From: Octopus bimaculoides | Taxonomy: Eukaryota | Length of the DNA: 64,000 bases | Direction: 5' to 3' | NCBI RefSeq assembly: GCF_001194135.2 | Contig: NC_068987.1 | Span: 36,022,303-36,086,302 of the forward strand | Shown: positions 38,860-51,145 of the stretch, in pieces | How the letters are laid out: each line of letters begins with the position of its first letter | Position numbering within the stretch: position 1 is the stretch's first letter | Notes under the pieces: generated by a model | The model's database searches: none | What the model was told of the DNA's origin: nothing | The model's input: the letters and a program-made list of their open reading frames with translations, nothing else | Made by a program: the position numbers and the translations under genes

Positions 38860-38860
38860 A
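38790..38860. repeat. (AGT)n microsatellite
   Basis: Directly visible. Confidence 0.95.
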
Positions 38861-40666
38861 CACTACCGATTATAGTAGCGGTGGTATCGGTCGTATTAGT
38901 GTTATTGATATTAGTATTAGGGGTGGTACTATTATTATCACTCACCTCAGTTCCACTTGTAACTTCATGGGAAGCGGGGATACTTTAGTGTTTTCGGAGC
39001 TTTGATCTATGTTATGAGTATGTATATTTAGGTACTAGGAATTAAGTTTACGTTTATTGGAAGAGGTAATATATTCATTTATGTAACGCTGATGATTCAA
39101 CTTTCTGTAGCTTGGATATCGCTCGTATTGATGATCCTTCAATCTGTATGACGATAAAATGATTTTTAAAATGTCATTACATCTCGGCACTGGTTGGTAG
39201 TTACCAGGTGACCAACTTCCGTTTTTTTCTGTTGTCATTAGTGGGACGTGAAGGGAGCTAAGTTCCTGTGGATGATTAATGTGTTGCCACTTCCCCATTT
39301 GTCGATGTTTGCTGATCATTCTGATGTGAATTCTGAGGGATCCAATGCGATTTTGTTAGAAATCTTTTTAGCAAATGTCATTGACATTTACTTTGAAAGG
39401 AGCAAACTTTCTTCCTTTGAGGACATTTTTTTTTTAATATTGGAAACAATATATATATATATCTTTACATCACAAAATATGTATGTCTCCTCTGATTTTG
39501 GGTGCTGTGATGTACAGTGCTCATTGGTACATTTGCTTTCAACTCCACAGATCAAGAGTTTAGAAAATATTGTGAAAGCGAGGTTTTGTATGAGTATGTG
39601 CTCTGGTTGACTCTAATATGAAAGATATTATTTTTTGTGTCCATTACCATTTATTTGAATAACATATTTGAAAATGAAAGTAGCATTAAAAAAAAGTTTT
39701 GTAAAACGAGTTTTCCTTTACAGAACATGAATCACATAATGGTTGGCAATGAATATTTCTTTGAAATCACTAAAAGAACGACTATTAGAACATCAGGAAC
39801 ATATTTGTGATTGTGATGATGGAACCAATATCTTAGATACAAAAACTCTTCCACGAAAACGTTGGCCACAGAGAGAATACTGTTCAAGCAGTGTTAATCA
39901 CGACGTGTTATAGAAATATATTTTGAAATTATAGTGCTTTCACTCTACTAGAATTTACTTAAAATATGTCTTTTATTTTTTATTTATCACTTCTAAATTT
40001 TTATGACTTATTTTCATATTCCCAGTGATCATAAACTTTCATTAACACTACAAATATCATTTAAAATTATTTCACTCAATATTTTGATATTTTTAGCACT
40101 ATTATAACCAGGTGAGTCCTAAATCTCCCCTCACCTCTAGTCGTATCACGCTCAAGTAATTCGACGTCTTTATAACCATCCTAACCCCTTTTCTCCTACC
40201 CTTGACATCTAAGATCTACGGCCACTGCTGGTGGTCAGCAATAGGACGAAAAAATCAGACGTCTGCTACTTCTCTTCTGTCTATGTGTATACATCCCCTA
40301 AACTCTTTCGACAAACATACGCTCACTCGACGAACAATTATATATCTAGTCTGTTACATATACCATTCGGTCTTTCCTTCACACTTTAGTAAAATATTCC
40401 GACTCAATCCTTGACGGTATCGGTATGTTTTTCATAGAATAATCGATGGGGTAGGCGTCCATATTCAATTCTTCTATGGGGCAGAGTCCTCAACCGGTTA
40501 CTGCTGATCTTCCAAAAGTAAGCCGTACTAGCACTTATGGAAAAAAACCTTCGTACGGGAGGTAACTATTTGGCAGGAATGGCAACAAAAGAAAGAAAGA
40601 GACCTCGATATTATGCAAATAGAGGAATGTATCTGTAAAATTATGTGACACTTATTCAGTAGCCAA

Positions 40667-40728
40667 GATAAAACTCCGAGTTTCCGATGCCCGGGCGGTG
40701 TTCCGCTCCAATCATCTCTTCAGTTATC
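40667..40728 (-). ncRNA. Type I hammerhead-like motif (copy in the left inverted repeat)
   Basis: Reverse complement of 42857-42918, with one substitution in the stem II loop. Confidence 0.6.
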
Positions 40729-42856
40729 CAGCCACCGGAGATTCTATTTGAAAAACAATCGGTATGTTTCTCTATGAAAAACATACCGATACCATCAAGG
40801 GAAATATACTCTAAGGAACTTTTAGGGAAAATTACAGATCTCATTAAGCGTATGAGGTGGAAAGCCTTCTTCATATGTCTTTCAATTCTTTCCAACAAAA
40901 AATACAAAAAAACATTAGACACATAAAAAATTCCAAAAAAAAAGGCACTTTTTTCCGACAAGACCAAGAACTTATACCTAGTAGAGAATAATGAATATTC
41001 ACGGCTCCTACATAATAGCATCATCAAAAATTACACCAAAGCTAGACCACAAACCTATAATGATATCAATAAGGAAGCTAGTAATATCTCCGCCAGACTC
41101 AAATTAGACAAAAAAATAGAGGTCCTCCCCCAAAAAGAGGCTTTTATAACTATTAAAGACCATAAAAAGAACTTTATGTCCAATCCTAAGTGTAGGCTTA
41201 TTAACCCAGCTAAATCAGAGCTTGGCATTATTAGTAAAGAAATTTTAGGGAAAACCAATGCGGAAGTCAGAAATGCCACTAGGTTAGTACAGTGTATAGT
41301 ATAGAAGTTGTCGACTGGTTTGAAGAGATTAAAAATAAGAAAAAATGCGACATTCACGCAGTTCGATATTTTTTGATTTTTATGCCTCTATCTCCAAAGA
41401 ACTGCTAGATAAAGCCCTCACTTTCGCAAGCGGATTTATAGAAATCAGTACACAAGATAAAGATATAATCTTCCATGCTAGAAATACCTTACTCTTCAGT
41501 GAGAACGCAGAGTGGGTCAAGACTGCCGATATAAAGGATGCTTTCGATGTAAGCCTGGGGTCATATGATGGAGCAGGCATATGCGATCTTATTGGACTAT
41601 TCTTACTAGATGCGTTGTGCAAGACCTTTCCTGACGTACACTTCGCAATTTATAAAGATGATGGCCTAGCTTTAAACACTAATACAAATGGACCAACACA
41701 GGATAGATTCAGAAAGAATATTATCCAATTGATGAGAACCTTCGGCCTTAGTATAATCACAGACACCAACCTGACGGTCGTCAGCTACCTAGATGTGTCC
41801 CTGAGATCTAAATAAGAATATTTATAAACCTTATAGGAAGCCCAACGATAGACTAAGTTACATCAATGTGAGTTCCTGCCATCCCCCCATACTGTTTAGA
41901 AATTTAGTTAAGAACATTAGTAAAAGAATATCTAGCCTCTCCTCCGATATAAACATTTTCAATAGCGTTACCCCAGTATATAATAAGGCTCTAAAAGACA
42001 GTGGTTTTAACGAGGGAATAACCTATACACCTATCAACAGTCCAGTAGCAAAAAGGAGAAAGCACAGAAATAGGAAAATTATCTGGTTCACACCTCCCTA
42101 CTCACCTGAAGTGACCTTTAACATAGGCAGATATTTCTTGGCATTGATAGACAGACACTTTCTAGTTAACAGGAAGATCTTCAACAGGCATAACTTAAAA
42201 ATCAGTTTCAGCTCAACTGCTAATTTTAAGAACATAATCGCACACAACACACAAAAGGCGAAAAATGAAGCCAGCTGTTCATGCAGAGATAAGAACTTGT
42301 GCCCGCTAAATGGAGCTTGCATGTCTGAAACCATCATTTATGAAGCCACCGTTGATTCTGTATCCACTAAGAACGCAGTGTCCACGCAGAAATACGTGGG
42401 CCTCACAGAGGCTAATTTCAACGCCAGATACAATAATCACACCTTGAGTTTTAGGCACTGGGATAAAAGAAAACGACACAATTATCCAGTCATATATGGT
42501 CTTTAAGAGATAAGGGTGACGGTTACAACATCCATTGAAAGATCTTAGCTAAGTGTAAACTCTACACCAGCGGCAGCGGAAGGTGCGGTCTGTGTGATGT
42601 GGAAAGATGGCTTATCTTATATAGTTTTTCTGTTTTTTTTTCTCCCCTCCAAACCTTTTTTCCGTGCGCTTATAGACACGCACAAGGAACAATATATATG
42701 CGAGGATACGTACGCACGTTAACATAATCGTACGCACATTGAGGTATGTGCGTGCGTGTATGATATACGCACATTTTAGACAAGTTTTGACACCACACAG
42801 TAATTTCCCTTTGTTTATGTTTACGGTTGTTTTTCAAATAGAATCTCCGGTGGCTG

Positions 42857-42918
42857 GATAACTGAAGAGATGGTTGGAGCGGAACACCGCCCGGGCATCG
42901 GAAACTCGGAGTTTTATC
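42857..42918 (+). ncRNA. Type I hammerhead ribozyme motif in the PLE terminal repeat
   Basis: GATAA-CTGAAGA-GATG(gttggaGCGGaacaCCGCccggg)CATC-g-GAAA-CTCgGAG-TT-TTATC. Stem I GATAA/TTATC, CUGANGA core, stem II GATG/CATC, GAAA, palindromic stem III, GUU cleavage triplet; one extra G before GAAA. Confidence 0.65.
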
Positions 42919-42952
42919 ATGGTTACTGAATAAGTGTCACATATTTTTACAG

Positions 42953-42995
<43 letters not shown>

Positions 42996-43689
42996 NNNNN
43001 NNNNNNNNNNNNNNNNNNNNNNNNNNNNNNNNNNNNNNNNNNNNNNNNNNNNNNNNNNNNNNNNNNNNNNNNNNNNNNNNNNNNNNNNNNNNNTATGTAT
43101 GTGCGTATATAAGTTATTCCAAAAATATTTGTGATATAACTGAGTAAAAATATTATATCCACTACAGTTAGCTTCGGTGAAAATTCTTGGTCTCGGTGAC
43201 AATTGTTAAAACATCGACAGTCTTCCCAGGTTCATCTGCTGGTAGACAGATAAATTCATTTGCTACCATCTGACTAACTTCCCTACCGAGGTTTATACAA
43301 GAAAGTGAACACAGAAATGACTGTAGATATAGCTTGCTAGACAGAAAAACTACTGTTAACACTCTATACTGAATGAGTGCGGTCAGCCGCCAGGCTCAAA
43401 AAATATATTTTGCATGTTCAGCAGGTTTCTCAAAGAAATAAACTTTTAAATCAATTCAAATGCATTTATGACATATTTGATCTATAAAAGATCGTTTAGA
43501 ATTTATCAACACCCGTGACTGATGATAGCCAAATAGCTACAAATGCAGTTATCGAAATCCCAGGAGGAACTGTGTGGTGTCTAATGGTATTTTGACACCT
43601 ATTGCATAAAGTGAAAATGTCCTTCATGACTAGCCGTAATGAAAACGATCTTACAAGTCAAATATGCCTCCTAGATACTTTACTTGATT

Positions 43690-44350
43690 TTAAACTTCGT
43701 TTATTTCAGGACAAGTAGTTCAAGATAATATGCAGCCATCTCTAGATTTGAAGTATTAGGTGGAATTTGTTATTGTGTCAGAGATCAAGGCTAGATCATC
43801 AACATATTCTACATTACTTATGTTTGAGGATCGATATCCACTTAATCTTCCTTTCACGAATCTGAAGAATAGGCTGCTTAGATTGTCAAGTGATGTTTAG
43901 TTAACATAATCCAGAGAGATCACAAATATTAAAGGTGCCGGTGCGTTGTCCTTGAGTATTCTGGATTTGACGTCAAAAAACTTGTTACCCCGTTTGGAGA
44001 ATTCATCATTGATTGGGTGATGTTAGAGAGCATCATAACTGATACTGTTGTTTCCTCAGGAATACCATTAGCCTATAGTATTTTTTTCCAATTTAAAAAC
44101 GGCGGACGAAATGAATAGCCTTTAAAAAATCAGCGAACAGTAATACTGCTTCGAGGTTTGTGGCTGCTACTCCTTCCAGTAAATGACAAGCTGAAAGTAT
44201 TTGTCCGAGTGGTGATGTATTATTCCTGATTTCTTTTCAAAACTTTCTCAATTTTTGATTGTGTCACTTTGAATAAGGGTGAATTTTCAATTTTTGCAGC
44301 GATGGCTGTAACAATAATGCCTCTGTATGCTTCGAAGCTAAACAAGGGTT
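43690..44350 (-). mobile_element. RTE/RTEX-clade LINE reverse-transcriptase remnant
   Basis: Minus translation with frameshifts: LEGVAATNLEAVLLFADF.KA...GIPEETTVSVMML...SPNGVTSF...APLIFVISLDYV...EYVDDLALISD (YADD-type motif). Confidence 0.85.
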
Positions 44351-45267
44351 GGCAAGTGATCTACTTCAATGTAGGCCAGCGCATGGCTGTACGGGAGCAG
44401 GTCATCAGTAGACAACGCATGTAGATCAATTCAGCAGAGACACTAAACGTCTCCCCGAAGAGCTCCCACAACTAATGTAAGTCCGAGAAGGGTTAGAAAT
44501 GTCTTAGCAATCTCGACCAGATGACGTGATGATGACTTCAGAATACTGCTCAATGTGTATAATATATAATTAAGTCGGCTTATCACAAGTAGTTGGTAAA
44601 TATCTTTTATTGATAGTCTTTAAAGGAAACTGTAGCTTTCAATGTCATATCAGTTTTATCTCACTTGAGTGGTACCTAGGACTGATTATAGATATCGATC
44701 AAGAAATATATTCTTCAATCTACCAGAATGCATCTCCAAATATCTGATAGTGTTCCGACATCTATTGACTGGGCGTGAAATTTCCCATAGCAACCCGAAG
44801 CCAAAATAGCCTTTTTACAGGACAAATATGATAGAAACATATTTGAACTCGTTTTAAAAAATTATATATTTTGAACTCTGCTTAGCATGGAGAATATATA
44901 GTATATGTAATACAATATGATATGATATAATATACTATAATAGCCACATTATTTTGGAAAATAGCCTTTACTTTAAAGAACTGTTGCTGAATGTCTCTCT
45001 TTGAGAGATTTAGCAGTGATATATACATATATAAATATATATATATATTTTCACCCTCACACGCATATGTATGTAAATATATTCCATCTTCCGTCTTTCA
45101 CCTGCCATATATATTATNNNNNNNNNNNNNNNNNNNNNNNNNNNNNNNNNNNNNNNNNNNNNNNNNNNNNNNNNNNNNNNNNNNNNNNNNNNNNNNNNNN
45201 NNNNNNNNNNNNNNNNNNNNNNNNNNNNNNNNNNNNNNNNNNNNNNNNNNNNNNNNNNNNNNNNNNN

Positions 45268-45300
<33 letters not shown>

Positions 45301-45967
45301 AATATAAAGAAGTGTAGCATTCTATTTATTCATTGATTGATTTTCTTAGAAAACATTAAAACTCGGAATTCTTGAAGCCATATTTGAACACATGTTGAAA
45401 TTGTTATCCCTGTTCTTTATAGGTTTCTCTGATTACACTTAAGATTACATAAATTTGCTGTTATTTCTCTTTTAAGAAGACGTCCGACTCATGCTGGTTT
45501 GGATAAACTGAATTTCTAAAATATGTATCACTTCATCATGCTGTTGCTTGACTAAATCTACATTTAAACGAGCAGGCATGGAGTGTAATATATCCCAATC
45601 GCAATTAAGCTCTATTATATTAAAATTTGTAGTTACTTAGTAGCTACAGTATTCAACGTGTCCTTTTTAAAATATAGACAATCTACCTTTTTTGTTGATG
45701 AAACATTTGTGTGTGCGTGTGTATGTGTGTACGTGCGTGTGTGTGTGCGTGCGCGCGTGCGTGTGTGTATGCTGAAAGTGGAATTACAATTTGACCTGTG
45801 AATATGCACAGTGTTTCACACCTGCCAATTTTACGGCTTCTTGACATCTACACTAAATCGAATATAGAACGCTTTACCTCCAGATATACAATGTGTTAAA
45901 ATTAATAGGAATTTTATTTTCCTTCACACTGCCCACCTGTATCCTGTATTATTTTAATGAAACATAC

Positions 45968-46070
45968 ATGCAGTGTATGCAACCAGCTTATAATGCGATT
46001 TCCTTGTTCGCCATGTGGAGTCATTTTACTGTTTTCGTACGTAAACTCATATTCCTGTGATGTAAAACAA
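45968..46070 (-). CDS. Candidate internal coding exon (xCFTSQEYEFTYENSKMTPHGEQGNRIISWLHTLH), product unidentified
   Basis: Minus strand ttttttcatttccag|TTGTTTTAC...ACACTGCAT|gtatgt; 103 nt; one open frame (phase 2 to 0). Confidence 0.3.
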
Positions 46071-46264
46071 CTGGAAATGAAAAAACTCTATCACCTGCAA
46101 GGAATCAATGCCTGATACAATTTTATACCTAAGTGGAAGAAAGATTTCTAACGAGTAAATTTTGTTTCACATATATTTCGAGTTTTTTGAGAGGTGCAAG
46201 TATTTACACTGTGACTCGAGAGTTAGACACCTGATCATGAAAATCAACTTGAATATATTGACGT

Positions 46265-46465
46265 CAAATTTTGAAACAAGGGCAGAAATTTCAAGGGAGG
46301 GTGTAAGTCGATTACATCGACCCCAGGACTCGACTGGTACTTACTTCAACAACGCCGATAGGATGAAAAGCAAAGTTGATCAGAACATGAATACGGAAGA
46401 AATGCCGTTAAGCGTTTCGCCTGGCGTGCTAAAGACTCTGCAAGATCGCCACCATTTAATAAGGC
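46265..46465 (-). mobile_element. tRNA-derived SINE, family A
   Basis: Plus strand GTCGATTACATCGACCCCAG...TGGTACTTA...GGATGAAAAGCAAAG...TAAGCGTTTCGCCTGGCGTGCTAA. Confidence 0.85.
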
Positions 46466-48029
46466 CTTCTACTATATAGCTTGGTCATATGTTATCAAAA
46501 TATGTTTTTCATATTGTTTGACAAATGATGTACAGCGAGGTTTTCCAAGAGTTGTTCATGATTTTCTTTCAAACTACTTTAAAATATCTGCAAAGGAGAC
46601 AAAAATAAAATTATATTTTGTTGTTAATACGAGTGGAACATTAACATATTCTGGTAATATTGTGTACAGTTGTAATGCATTTTCTAGGGCATTTACGTAT
46701 CTTTCGCATCGCTTTTTCTAGAAGAAATACAATTTCACCGGAATATACAAGTAGAAATTTGAAAATGGTTCGGCATATCTTCGTAGTCATCACATGTCAG
46801 GAATTTTTATCATAACAATTGCACTGAATGGTTTGTAAAATTGATCTCTGAACAAACCTGATAGTAATGAAATATAAGGAAAGAAAAAAGGAAATAATAT
46901 ATTTCATTATGTTCTATATTTTTGCCACACCACAACAACTCACTTCAATAAAAGTAAGAAGACCCAAAATATATTCTAAATCTTCCTAACCCAATGTTAC
47001 AGCGTTGAAGAGAAACGCCAGTGTGACATTATTAAGGAACATTATTAATTGACTGCTACTTCATATTTGACATCACTAACCAAGACAAATTGGAGCATAT
47101 AACGTAATGAGATGGAACAAGATATTTTGTTTTGTGTTCTACCGATTCTACCAAGTTGAGATGATAGCGGTGGAGATACTTTCAAGTTGAGATGATAGCA
47201 GTGGACAGAAACAATCAAAACATTAGCGTTTGTTCTAAAGGATTTTGTTACTTTCATGGAAATTGCATACAAAATCAAAACACGACGTGATGTGGAGAGT
47301 AACATGTAATTGAAACCAATGTGATGCACCTTTCTGTCTTTTCTCTTTTTTTTATATTACCAGTGCCATCTTAAACTATACTGGAAATTAATTAAAATGT
47401 ATTATTTATGTATGTTATAGATGGGTCGGTTAGTAACATTCAAATTAGGAGAAACGCGTGAAATAAATTAACTTCAAAATTTATGCGATACCGATAGAAT
47501 GAATGATGTCAATTTAAACGATGGAAGAAAAAAGAAAAGTGGAGTAAGCAAATCAAAAATTAAAGTAAGGTGTTTCGGAGAAGGAAAAGTTTCACTTAAT
47601 ATGAAAGTATTAGATTCGTAGGTAAAGTAGGGAGACAGGGACTTTAAGAGGAATTAGTAGGTATGAGACAGCAATGGAAACTTGTATAATTCAATAGGGA
47701 GAAAATGAAGTGTGCATGTGCATGTGTGTGTAAAGAGGGAGCGGGTGACAGTACAGTTAAAATATTATTAACATGATACTGATATAGAATCAAATTTATA
47801 TGACTCATGAGTGAAATTTCTGTAGAAAACAGACTAACATTATAAATCGCGAACTGCCGAGACAACTGATTGCAATGAGAGAATAATAGGAAGGTGCGAA
47901 TCGCTTTCGCATACTGTAATAATGTTAAGTGTGAAAATAGACGCTATGGCTATAAAATCTTGCAGGGGTACAGAATAAATACAATAGAAAAAGAAGTTCG
48001 TTACTCAACGTTAAAGTATTAATTTCAAT

Positions 48030-48240
48030 TTTTTGGAACAAGGTCACAAATTTCGAGGGAGTGGGTAAGTCGAATGGCTCAAACTCAGGATTCAACTGGT
48101 ACTTATTTTATCGACCCTCAAAGGAGGAAAGGCAAAGTTATCTTCGGTGGAATATGGAGTCAGAACGTGCAGACGATCAAAATGCAGTTAAGCATTTCAC
48201 TCGGCATGCTAACAATTTTGCCTGCTCGCCACCTTACTCA
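48030..48240 (-). mobile_element. tRNA-derived SINE, family A (old)
   Basis: CAACTGGTACTTATTTTATCGACCC...GAAAGGCAAAG...TAAGCATTTCACTCGGCATGCTAAC...GCTCGCC. Confidence 0.85.
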
Positions 48241-48314
48241 TATTTAAATCATTACTAGATTCCTGAGTAACAAACACTCTGCTAGAGGAAATGGCAACGG
48301 AAATACTGAATATT

Positions 48315-48510
48315 CTTGTCTATTCTTGGCACAAGGCCCGAAATTTTGGGTGAGGGTCCAGTAGATTAGATCGACTCCAGTACGCAACTGGTACTTAATC
48401 TATCGACACCGATAGGAAGAAAGGTAAAGTCGACCTCGGCGGAATTAGAACTTAGAACGTAAAGATAGACGGAATACCGCTAAGCATTTCGCCCGACGTG
48501 CTAACGTTTC
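48315..48510 (-). mobile_element. SINE family A, tail type 1, head interrupted by the next copy
   Basis: Tail GGCACAAGGCCCGAAATTTTGGG; ends at GTGCTAACGTTTC (48510). Confidence 0.9.
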
Positions 48511-48744
48511 TTATTTATTTATTGCCCACAAGGGGTTAACACAGAGGGGACAAACAAGGACAGACGAAGGGATTAAGTCGATTACATCGAACCCAGTGCG
48601 TAACTGGTACTTAATTTATCGACCCCGAAAGGATGAAAGGCAAAGTCGACCTCGGCGGAGTTTGAACTCAGAACGTAACGGCAGACGAAATACCGCTAAG
48701 CATTTCGTCCAGCGTGCTAACGTTTCTGCCAGCTCGCCGCCTTA
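48511..48744 (-). mobile_element. SINE family A, tail type 2 (younger subfamily)
   Basis: Tail TTATTTATTTATTGCCCACAAGGGG...GGACAAACAAGGACAGAC; near-consensus body; head ...CTGCCAGCTCGCCGCC. The composite 48315-48744 is flanked by GAAATACTGAATATT. Confidence 0.92.
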
Positions 48745-49385
48745 GAAATACTGAATATTGAGTAATGATAGTATAAACAAAAATACTCAAAATTCTAGTG
48801 AGTTAATTGAAAAACAATTCGTGTTGCTGGAGATATATTGAATAATGTAGGGCCTGTGTCATGATATAAGATTAGACCATATTCTGTTTTCTAAACAGAA
48901 GACTATGATGTGATATCTATCCTCCACCTTAATGAACATTAATTTATTTTTTCGCAAATCTGTCAGTGATTAGGGTCTGCCATATTATTACTTGTTTTTA
49001 ACCTATTATTTCATTTTTTAAAAGTGGTTTCACCAATACAACCCAACGAACAAACTTTCAGTTAATTTTATTTTGTTAGACATGTTTGTGTCTAACATCA
49101 CACGTCAGGGAAAATGCTTACTCTCGGAACTCATCAATCTTACGGTAATAAGTTCAGGTTTACTCACATCAACACAGCATCGTGTCTCAGAGAAATAACT
49201 AAACTAACATGATGTCGTATAAGTTTCTTACTGATGCACACATCCAGCACTCATATGTTCATTTTCTTTTTTCCCGCACATGGATAATATAAATGTTTTC
49301 TTTTCTTTTCCTTCCTATAATTTTCCCCTGCGGATAGCTTTTAACAAACATTTATTTACGCTTTCATCATTGAGACATTCTGCTG

Positions 49386-49417
<32 letters not shown>

Positions 49418-49945
49418 CACACACATGTTTGTATGTCTGTATGTATATGTATATATATATATATATATATACAGAGAGAGAGAGAGAGAGACAGAGAGAG
49501 AGAGATAAACATATATATGTGCTTGTGTAGCTGTATCTATGCTATTTATATCGGTTGGTTTATTCTATGAAAAGTTAAAATGTCTTTATTCTTATGTGCA
49601 TGCGTATACGAAAAGTGGACCGCATACAGTTATTGTATGTGTTCGGATGCACGTATATTGACTCAAACATATATATGTAATAGAAAGAAATGTGAGCGTC
49701 TGAAAATATAGATTTCAAATGTGTATCTATAGTGAAAGGAGAAGAATTTATTTTATGTCTTGGAAAAAGGCGTTGTATACAGTTGGGCAGGGCAGAACAA
49801 TCCCTTCGTATGAGGCAAGAAACTAGGTACAACAAATACATAAATTATATCTTCAAAAAGGGCTGAGTATCATAAGATAACATATAATGTTGACAATTTG
49901 TTTGCTTAATACCTTTAACTAAAAGTACATGTAAAGCTCCTTGGA

Positions 49946-51145
49946 CGAAAGTGGGCTGAAATGTTCATAGGCTGTCTATGAAGGAGTGATGTTAGATCTG
50001 TGAAATATGCATGCATTAATTTCAGCCATTCTTATTTTAACCGAATTGCTTTTGTTGCTTTCTTTTTCGGGTTGACTGACATATGACATTTTAAAGGAGA
50101 CTTCAAAAAGAACCATTAGCGACGTCTTTTGAAAATCGTGAAAATTTGGCATGTTGGTGTTATTAAGTACCTGCAGATAGAGGGTTTTATCCCCACTGAC
50201 ATTCATACCGACAAGGTTGCTATTATAACTGATGATACTCCAGTTTATCAACAGTGAAAAGTGGATAACTGAATTTAGGAGGGGGATGATATTTCATGAA
50301 GATGATCTAAAGCTTAGACTCTCTTCAAGCGCCACCGCCAAGGTAAACACTGATTGTGTTCAGTATACGCTGATGGATAGCGTACGTTTGACAGCCAAAT
50401 TTATTAGCATATCTCGTGAAAGAGTTGAGCATTTTCTGCACATTGAACTTGACATGACAAAGGAGGGTGCAACATCTCCTGATGCCTTATCGAAATCGCC
50501 CCAGTTCGATCCTATCATGGGAAAATCTGACAATGAGGTATATTCATACTTTTCTTGAAGGTTTCCTGTGTATAAGTATCAACACTTTCAGCCACAGACA
50601 AAGTTACAAACCATGCAATGGAAACACACCTCTTCACATGCTCCAAGCAAGGTTAAATTCGTTTCAACTGTAGGGAAGGTAATAGCCTCAGTTTTGGACA
50701 ATGAAAATGACAGTGTTAGTTGTCTATCTTCAAAAGTGTCTCACCATCAATAAAGAGTACTATGCTAACTGAGGCAGTTACGAAAGGTTATCAGCACCTA
50801 AAGTCCAGGAAAACCGACAAAAGGTGTCGTAGTTTATGTTCCAACAAACAATTCTTTACTTTCAATAGTCGCAGTACTGACAGCGGCATTGAACTGTTTG
50901 ATCAGCACACCTGTACTGCTCATTGGCGTCATCTGCCTTACACCTGTTCCCCAAAACGAAAAAACACTTGATTGGTATGATGACACCATATCTGATGTTA
51001 ATGATTTCTGTTACTAACATGATGAAAGCTTTTGCATCAATGTGAACCAAGTACTGCAACACCGATGAAAGAAAGGGGAACTATATTCACAATAGAAACC
51101 TTATTTGGGTTATGAACTTTGGGCTTAAGAACGTTTCGGCCCCTA
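49946..51145 (+). mobile_element. Mariner transposon, near full length, heavily degraded
   Basis: TIR-like CGAAAGTGGGCTGAAATGTTCATAGGCT at 49946; VIKYL...DIH, KWITEFRRG, WKH..S.APSK...GKVIASV, LRQLRK...PGK..KGV, HLFPK.KK. Confidence 0.8.

Larger units (their letters stand above)
40627..42958 (+). mobile_element. Penelope-like element (Naiad-type), RT plus GIY-YIG, frameshifted, flanked by ~135-bp inverted repeats
   Basis: SMKNIPIPS N-terminus; IKDHKKNF..NPKCRLINPAKSELG; FDVSLGSYDGAGICDLIGL; YKDD; CSCRDKNLCPLNGAC (CxCx5Cx5C); IIYEATV...YVGLTE..F..RYNNH; CGLC. 40627-40761 is the reverse complement of 42824-42958 with about 5 mismatches by eye. Confidence 0.92.

Noticed and set aside
39248-39610. 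120-aa ORF, and the 121-aa ORF at 53902-54267
   Set aside because: No splice context, no recognisable motif, and both contain low-complexity runs; consistent with chance ORFs.
42260-42620. Selenocysteine recoding in the Naiad-type PLE (reported for some Naiad elements)
   Set aside because: The CxCx5Cx5C and CxxC cysteines are ordinary TGT/TGC codons here and in the 13.5-14.0 kb copy, and no convincing SECIS fold was seen in the 3' UTR.
47152-47205. 23-bp direct repeat with a 31-bp period
   Set aside because: Simple local duplication with no further structure.
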